From positions 19 to 64,018 of the forward strand of contig JAVYKI010000004.1 in the NCBI GenBank assembly GCA_038742305.1: a DNA stretch of 64,000 nucleotides, given 5' to 3'. A program made the translations under genes and the position numbers. Positions 58,284-64,000 of the stretch are shown here, one piece after another; the first letter of the stretch is position 1, and each line of letters opens with the position of its first letter. The notes beneath the pieces were generated by a model. That model had not been told where the DNA came from. It saw only the letters and a list, made by a program, of their open reading frames with translations, and did no database searches. Origin of the DNA: Candidatus Aenigmatarchaeota archaeon (GTDB lineage Archaea > Aenigmatarchaeota > Aenigmatarchaeia > CG10238-14 > SpSt-28).

Positions 58284-59302
58284 TGATAGAAATTGATGGA
58301 AGTTATTTAGAAGGAGGAGGCCAAATATTAAGAACTTCTGTTGCACTTTCTTGCATATTAAAAAAGCCAATAAGAGTTTTTAATATTAGGAAAAATAGAC
58401 CAGAGCCAGGATTAAAGCAACAACATTTAACTGGAATAAAAGTTGCAGCTGAACTAACTAATGCAAAAGTAAAAGGATTATTTATTGGTTCTACTGAAAT
58501 AGAATTTGTTCCTGAAGAAACTAATATACCAAGCTTTAAGGAAATAAACATTGGAACAGCAGGAAGCATTTCTTTATTATTGCAAACTATTTTACCAATT
58601 ATTCTTTTTCTTTCTGATAAAAAAGTTAAGCTAAGAATAATTGGAGGAACTAGCGTTTCTCATTCTCCAACTTGCGAATATTTAAGGCTAGTTAATTTTC
58701 CGATTTTAGAAAAAATTGGAATAAAAGTTAGTATAGAAATAATAAAAGAAGGTTTTTATCCTAAAGGTAATGGAATTGTCGAAATAGAAATTGATCCAGC
58801 GAAAAATATTAAAGGAATTGAATTAATAGAGCAAGGAAGTTTAAAAGAAATAAAAGGAATTTCTGTAATTGGCTCTTTACCTTTTCATGTAGCTGAAAGA
58901 CAAAAAAACTCTGCTTTAAAAGTTTTGGAAAATCTAAATGTTCGAAAAAATGTAGAAATAAAAGAGTATAAATCATTAAGCCCAGGAAGCTCCATAACTC
59001 TTGCAGCATACTTTGAAAACTGTATTTTAGGTTCAGATGCTTTAGGCGAAAAGGGAAAGCCTGCTGAAAAAGTTGGAGAAGAAGCTGCTTTTAGTTTATT
59101 AAATTCTATAAATTCTAAAGCATGCCTAGATAAGTATATGGCAGACCAAATATTAATTTTTCTTTCTTTATCTAATGAAAAAAGTATAATAAAAGTTGAA
59201 GAATTAACTCCTCATGTTTTAACGAATATTTATACAATAGAGAAGTTTTTTGGAAAAATTTTTGAATTTAACGAAAAGGAAAAAATAATTAAAAAGATTT
59301 AA
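58283..59302 (+). CDS. rtcA: RNA 3'-terminal phosphate cyclase
   Basis: IDGSYLEGGGQILRTSVALS N-terminal signature; about 340 aa. Start overlaps the ferredoxin stop. Confidence 0.85.
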   Translation: MIEIDGSYLEGGGQILRTSVALSCILKKPIRVFNIRKNRPEPGLKQQHLTGIKVAAELTNAKVKGLFIGSTEIEFVPEETNIPSFKEINIGTAGSISLLLQTILPIILFLSDKKVKLRIIGGTSVSHSPTCEYLRLVNFPILEKIGIKVSIEIIKEGFYPKGNGIVEIEIDPAKNIKGIELIEQGSLKEIKGISVIGSLPFHVAERQKNSALKVLENLNVRKNVEIKEYKSLSPGSSITLAAYFENCILGSDALGEKGKPAEKVGEEAAFSLLNSINSKACLDKYMADQILIFLSLSNEKSIIKVEELTPHVLTNIYTIEKFFGKIFEFNEKEKIIKKI

Positions 59303-59304
59303 TT

Positions 59305-60636
59305 ATGAAGACTGTATTTGTAAAAGATATATTGAAAGATGAATTAGTAAATAAAGAAGTTGAAATTTGCGGCTGGATATATAGAATGAGAGATTTAAAA
59401 GACAAAATATTTTTTGTAATAAGAGATTCTACAAACATAATTCAAGCAGTTGTTAAAAAAGAAAATGTTAGCGAAGAAACTTGGAAAAAAGCTGAAAACA
59501 TGCAAATTGAAGGTTCTTTAAAAGTAAAAGGTATCTTAAGAAAAGATGAAAGAGCTCCTACTGGTTATGAAATAGAAGTAAAAGAAATTGAAGTTTTTGA
59601 TTATGGAAAACCATTTCCATTAAAAGGAGATGAAGATGTAGATACAATTCAAAGATATAGGCATTTATGGATTAGAACAAGGTGGTTTACTTCAGTTTTA
59701 AAAATAAAACATAGTTTACTAAAAAATTTGAGAGAATGGTATATTAATGATGGTTGGTTTGAAGTTCATCCTCCTATATTAGTAGGAAATGCTTGCGAAG
59801 AAACAACAACATTATTCGAAGTAAAATATTTTGATGATAAAGCATATTTATCTCAATCTGCACAACTTTATTTAGAAGCTTTAATTTATTCTTTAGAAAA
59901 AGTTTTTTCTTTAACTCCAAGCTTTAGAGCAGAAAAATCTAGAACAAGAAGGCATTTGCACGAATATTGGCATTTTGAAGTTGAAGCTGCTTGGTATGAT
60001 TTAAACGATTTAATTAAAGTTACTGAAGAATCTTTAAAATATGCAATTAGAAAAACAATTGAAGAAAGAAAAGAAGATTTTAAAATAATTAAAGAGCACA
60101 CTGGAAGAGAAATAAAGGAGCTTGAAGAAATTACTGAGAAAAAGTGGAAAATTTTAGAATATAAAGATGGAATAAAAATTTTGCAAGAAAAAGGATTAAA
60201 TGTAAAGTATGGAGATGATTTAGGAGCTGATGAAGAAAGAGCGTTAACTCAAGATTTTGATGTTCCAATATTTTTAATTTATTATCCTAGAGAAATTAAA
60301 GCTTTTTACATGTATGATATGAATGGAACAGTAAAAAATTTTGATTTATTAGCTCCAATATATGGAGAAATAATTGGTGGTTCAGAAAGAGAGTGGAGAT
60401 ATGAAGTATTAAGCAAAAAAATAAAAGAATGGAAATTAGATAGTTTAAAAGTTAAAATTGGAAATGAAGTTATTAATGCTTATGAATGGTATGAAGATTT
60501 GAGAAAATATGGCTCAATTCCTCATTCTGGCTATGGATTAGGATTAGAAAGGTTTACAATGTGGATTTGTAAACTGGAGCATATTAGAGATACTTTAGCT
60601 TTTCCAAGGCTTAGAGAAGGTTGGTTATATCCTTAA
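59305..60636 (+). CDS. asnS: asparaginyl-tRNA synthetase (class IIb; AspRS not fully excluded)
   Basis: N-terminal OB fold, motif 2 FRAEKSRTRRHLHEYWHFEVE (AsnRS-like EFW-type), GGSEREWRYEVL, motif 3 GLGLERF. Confidence 0.75.
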   Translation: MKTVFVKDILKDELVNKEVEICGWIYRMRDLKDKIFFVIRDSTNIIQAVVKKENVSEETWKKAENMQIEGSLKVKGILRKDERAPTGYEIEVKEIEVFDYGKPFPLKGDEDVDTIQRYRHLWIRTRWFTSVLKIKHSLLKNLREWYINDGWFEVHPPILVGNACEETTTLFEVKYFDDKAYLSQSAQLYLEALIYSLEKVFSLTPSFRAEKSRTRRHLHEYWHFEVEAAWYDLNDLIKVTEESLKYAIRKTIEERKEDFKIIKEHTGREIKELEEITEKKWKILEYKDGIKILQEKGLNVKYGDDLGADEERALTQDFDVPIFLIYYPREIKAFYMYDMNGTVKNFDLLAPIYGEIIGGSEREWRYEVLSKKIKEWKLDSLKVKIGNEVINAYEWYEDLRKYGSIPHSGYGLGLERFTMWICKLEHIRDTLAFPRLREGWLYP

Positions 60637-60640
60637 TTTT

Positions 60641-63166
60641 ATGTTAAACGAGAAAATTTTGAAAATTTTTAGGGAAAAGTTTAGCTCTTTTACTAAAATT
60701 CAAGAAATTTCTATACCGAAAATTCTAGAAGGGAAAAATGTTGTTATAATTGCTCCAACCGGAAGCGGAAAAACTGAAGCTGCATTGTTGCCTTGCTTAA
60801 GCAAAATTTTAGAAAATCCATTGCCTTTATCTTTAATTTACATTACTCCATTAAGAGCTTTAAATAGAGATCTATTGGATAGATTTAAATTTTGGGCAAA
60901 TGAATTAGAGCTAGAAGTTGCAGTAAGGCACAGTGATACAACGAAATATTTAAAAAGGAAGCAAACAGAATTTCCTCCTCACATTTTAATTTCTACTGTA
61001 GAAAGTTTTCAAACAATTTTTATAAGCAAATTAAAAAATTATTTGGAAAATGTAAAATTTGTAATAATTGATGAAGTTCACGAAATAATAGATAGTAAAA
61101 GAGGGGTTCAGCTTGCATTAGGAATAAATAGACTAAGAGATTTTTCTAATTTTCAAATAATAATGCTGTCTGCAACAATTGGAAATTTTGAAGCTATAAA
61201 AATGTTTACTGAAAATTTCGAAGTTGTTGAAGATAAAACAACTAAAAAATATGAAATAGAAATTATATTGGAAAAGGATTTTGAAAAAAGGTTGAAATTA
61301 ATTGAAGAAAAAGTTAAAGATAAAAGTGTAATAATTTTTGTTAATACGAGAGAAGAAGCAGAAATATTAACTAAAGAATTGAAAAATAGAATAAATGTTG
61401 GAATACATCATTCGAGCTTAAGCAGAGAAGTAAGAGAAGAAACTGAAAGAAAATTTAAAAATAAAGAAATAAATGCAATTGTTGCAACTTCTAGCTTGCA
61501 ATTAGGAATAGATATTGGACATGTAGATTTAGTAATTCAATATAATAGCCCTAGGCAATGCAATGTTTTATTGCAAAGAGTTGGAAGAGCTGGGCATTTT
61601 ATTGAGAAAGTTTCTAAAGGTATAATTATTTGTAGCGATGAACTAGAATATGAAGAATCGAGAATAATTAAAGAATTAGCATTAAATGGTTTTATAGAAA
61701 AAGGTTATTTTTTTAAAAAGCCATTAGATGTTTTAGCAAATCAAATAATTGCATATTCTTTTGAAAGAATAAATTTAAAAGAACTTTACAAAAAAATGAC
61801 TAGAAATTATTGTTATAAAGATTTAACTTTTTCAGAATTTTTGGAAGTTGTTGAATTTTTGAAAAAGCACAAATTAATTTTTGTTGATAATGAAACTATT
61901 AGAAGAAGCAAGTTGGGTTTAAAATATTTTGTAGAAAACATTTCCTTAATTCCTTCTATTAAGCAGTATGAAGTAATAGATGTAGTAAGCAATAAAAAAA
62001 TTGGAACTCTTGATGAAAATTTTGTTGCATTAGAAGCTGAAGAGGGAAAAACTTTTTTAATTAGAGGAGAAGCTTGGAAAATTGTGAAAATAGATGATAA
62101 AGTTTATGTTGAACCGAGCAAGGAAGAAGCTATTATTCCAAGCTGGGAAGGAGAACTTTTGCCAGTAGAATATGAAGTTGCTTTCAAAATGAAAGTAGAA
62201 GAAAAAGTTGAAATATTTACTGATAAAAAGCATTGGTTTTATGTTTTTATTTTGCCTTACGGAAATAGAGTAAATGAAACAATAATGTATTCTATATTAA
62301 AAACTGTAGCAAATTATTATCCTTCACTTTTTTATAAAGCAACAAGTTATGGAATAATTTTTAGAGTTGAAAAAAGAAACGATGAAATATTTAAAGAGGC
62401 ATTAGAAAATTTAAGTTTAGAAATAGAAGATGTTTTAAGAATTTCTAAACTTTATGAATGGAAATTTTTACATGTTTTAAAAAGGTTTGGAGTTGTAAAA
62501 AAAGATGCCGAAATAAGCAAAAAAATTTTGAAAACTCTTATTATTAATTATCAAAATACTGTTGTAGAAAAAGAAGTTTTTAACGAGATATTTACTGAAA
62601 AACTTGATATAGAAAACTTTTTAAAAGTTTTTGAAAAAGTTAAAAAAATAAAGTTTGAAGAAAGAGAAAAGCCAAGCAATTTTGCATTACTACTATTAAA
62701 AAGAGTTTTTAGCTATTCTGAATATCCAACTTTTTTAGAAACTCAAATATTGGAAAAAGTAAAGAAAAGGCTTTACAATACAAAAATTTATATTCATTGC
62801 TTGAATTGTGGAGAAGTTTATAGCTATAAAGTTCAAGATATAGATTTTTATAAATGTAGAAAATGCGGCTCAATACTTTTAGCTCCTTATAAGAAAGATT
62901 GTTCTTATTTAGTTAAAAAAGTAATTAAAGGTGTAAAGATTAAAAAAGAAGAGGAAAAAATTTATCAAGAATTGCAACTTTCTTCTAGCTTATTCAATTC
63001 TTATAAAAAGTTTGCAGCTTTAGTTATTGCTGGAAAAGGAATTGGACCAAAAACAGCAGAACAAATATTTAAAAAATTTTATGGAAAAGAAATAACTGAA
63101 GAAAAGCTTATTAGGGAAATTTTTGAAAAAGAAAAAGAGTTTTTGAGAATAAGGCAATTTTTATAA
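60641..63166 (+). CDS. DEVH-box superfamily 2 helicase (Lhr/Hel308-like) with C-terminal zinc ribbon
   Basis: Walker A APTGSGKTEAALLP, DEVHEI, SAT, motif VI QRVGRAGH, plus CLNCG…CRKCG zinc ribbon. Confidence 0.85.
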   Translation: MLNEKILKIFREKFSSFTKIQEISIPKILEGKNVVIIAPTGSGKTEAALLPCLSKILENPLPLSLIYITPLRALNRDLLDRFKFWANELELEVAVRHSDTTKYLKRKQTEFPPHILISTVESFQTIFISKLKNYLENVKFVIIDEVHEIIDSKRGVQLALGINRLRDFSNFQIIMLSATIGNFEAIKMFTENFEVVEDKTTKKYEIEIILEKDFEKRLKLIEEKVKDKSVIIFVNTREEAEILTKELKNRINVGIHHSSLSREVREETERKFKNKEINAIVATSSLQLGIDIGHVDLVIQYNSPRQCNVLLQRVGRAGHFIEKVSKGIIICSDELEYEESRIIKELALNGFIEKGYFFKKPLDVLANQIIAYSFERINLKELYKKMTRNYCYKDLTFSEFLEVVEFLKKHKLIFVDNETIRRSKLGLKYFVENISLIPSIKQYEVIDVVSNKKIGTLDENFVALEAEEGKTFLIRGEAWKIVKIDDKVYVEPSKEEAIIPSWEGELLPVEYEVAFKMKVEEKVEIFTDKKHWFYVFILPYGNRVNETIMYSILKTVANYYPSLFYKATSYGIIFRVEKRNDEIFKEALENLSLEIEDVLRISKLYEWKFLHVLKRFGVVKKDAEISKKILKTLIINYQNTVVEKEVFNEIFTEKLDIENFLKVFEKVKKIKFEEREKPSNFALLLLKRVFSYSEYPTFLETQILEKVKKRLYNTKIYIHCLNCGEVYSYKVQDIDFYKCRKCGSILLAPYKKDCSYLVKKVIKGVKIKKEEEKIYQELQLSSSLFNSYKKFAALVIAGKGIGPKTAEQIFKKFYGKEITEEKLIREIFEKEKEFLRIRQFL

Positions 63167-63218
63167 TCAGAGGTACTCCAACTTCATCATTAATCAGATG
63201 CGGCGGCATTCATCATAA

Positions 63219-63413
63219 TTATTTTTTAGAAAGAGTTTTAGAAGCATTTATATTACCATTTTTATAATTAACTTTGAAGCCTTTCGATTTTAAAAAATTC
63301 TTTAATTTTTCTATTTCTCCATAGCTTAAGTTCAAAGTTTCTATTTTTAAGTTTATTGAAATTTTATTAATTTTTCTAATTATTTCTTTTGCTTCTTCCA
63401 AGCTAGTTTCCAT
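63219..63413 (-). CDS. small hypothetical protein
   Basis: 64-aa ORF immediately downstream of the 86-aa gene (3-nt spacer). Confidence 0.4.
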   Translation of the reverse strand: METSLEEAKEIIRKINKISINLKIETLNLSYGEIEKLKNFLKSKGFKVNYKNGNINASKTLSKK

Positions 63414-63416
63414 ACT

Positions 63417-63677
63417 TTATTTAGTAAAATAATCTTTATATTTTTCTGGAATTTCTATTAAATTTAAATGCAAACAAGCATCTAAATAAGCCCAAGAAAT
63501 TACTACACATTCAAAAGCTCTAATAAAATCCTTCTTTTCTAAAAAGTATTTTGAATCTATTAAGTATGAAATTGCTAAATTATAAATTTCTAAGGCTTTC
63601 GGCTCTAAAACTTTTACTTCTTTAATTACTTTATCCATTTTTTCAATTTCTTTTCTTGCAATTTCTTCTAAATTCAT
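63417..63677 (-). CDS. small helical hypothetical protein
   Basis: 86 aa; start ATG overlaps the stop of the upstream partial gene (ATGA). Confidence 0.5.
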   Translation of the reverse strand: MNLEEIARKEIEKMDKVIKEVKVLEPKALEIYNLAISYLIDSKYFLEKKDFIRAFECVVISWAYLDACLHLNLIEIPEKYKDYFTK

Positions 63678-64000
63678 TTTGGTTTAATTTTAAATTTTTC
63701 TAATGCAATTTTTTCAAGCTTTACTATTTGTTCTTTTTTGAATCCAATGTATATTCCACCTTCTTTACCTCCAACCCAAGTTCTAATCCTTTTGCCACTT
63801 CCTAAAACATCTTTTAAATATTCATGAAAAATCTTTATTGAATTTTTATTTATTCTTATTTCAATTCCATTTTCTAAACCATAAATATCATAAAATCCTC
63901 CTTCTTTTGGTTTTAAAACATTTATTTCTTCACTTTCAATATCTAAATGAGTTACTCTTGCTAATGAATAACCTTTTAAATGAATATAAACATCTGCACT
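63674..64000 (-). CDS. 3' portion of a CDS running off the window end
   Basis: The minus-strand frame is open from 64000 to a TGA overlapping the next gene's ATG (…GSGKRIRTWVGGKEGGIYIGFKKEQIV…). It is not in the ORF track. Confidence 0.45.
   Translation of the reverse strand, partial: SADVYIHLKGYSLARVTHLDIESEEINVLKPKEGGFYDIYGLENGIEIRINKNSIKIFHEYLKDVLGSGKRIRTWVGGKEGGIYIGFKKEQIVKLEKIALEKFKIKPK

Noticed and set aside
1-64000. Looked for CRISPR arrays, IS/transposase or integrase genes, and prophage-like blocks
   Set aside because: No regularly spaced direct repeats and no transposase or integrase motifs were seen. The only repeats are the short intergenic ones listed.

Overview
This is an AT-rich archaeal chromosomal window, roughly 25–30% GC by eye, with compact gene spacing and many translationally coupled gene pairs. 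Archaeal hallmarks are plentiful: AglB/STT3 oligosaccharyltransferase, FlaI/FlaJ-type pilus machinery with a class-III-signal pilin, aCPSF1, archaeal CCA-adding enzyme, aTrm56, Kae1, proteasome beta, FEN1, NurA-HerA and a family-B DNA polymerase. The low GC, compactness and editing-domain-less ThrRS are compatible with a small-genome (DPANN/nanoarchaeon-like) lineage. That assignment is inference only. RNA genes seen are a 5S rRNA immediately followed by tRNA-Asp(GUC), convergent tRNA-Arg(UCG) and tRNA-Val(UAC) on the minus strand, and an initiator-type tRNA-Met(CAU) locus with apparently circularly permuted halves flanked by a 10-nt inverted repeat. The permuted tRNA is the most unusual object in the window. 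Other notable content is listed here. (1) A short DP1-like (PolD small-subunit-like) protein lies directly upstream of polB. (2) An N-glycosylation and envelope cluster (PAP2 phosphatase, a sequon-rich membrane glycoprotein, AglB) sits near a probable highly expressed S-layer glycoprotein gene. That gene has nested palindromes and direct repeats in its upstream region, opposite a membrane-anchored winged-helix protein. (3) There are two separate FlaI/TadB/TadC-type pilus loci. (4) A fragmentary AmmeMemoRadiSam-like set (two paralogous radical-SAM enzymes and a Memo-like protein) is present with no AMMECR1 visible. (5) tRNA and RNA-processing genes are dense at 30–60 kb (Taw3, THUMP methyltransferase, aTrm56, CCA, TrmA-like, Kae1, LigT, RtcA, aCPSF1). 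No CRISPR array, transposase or integrase was recognised. Coordinates of hand-located RNA and regulatory features are ±2 nt.
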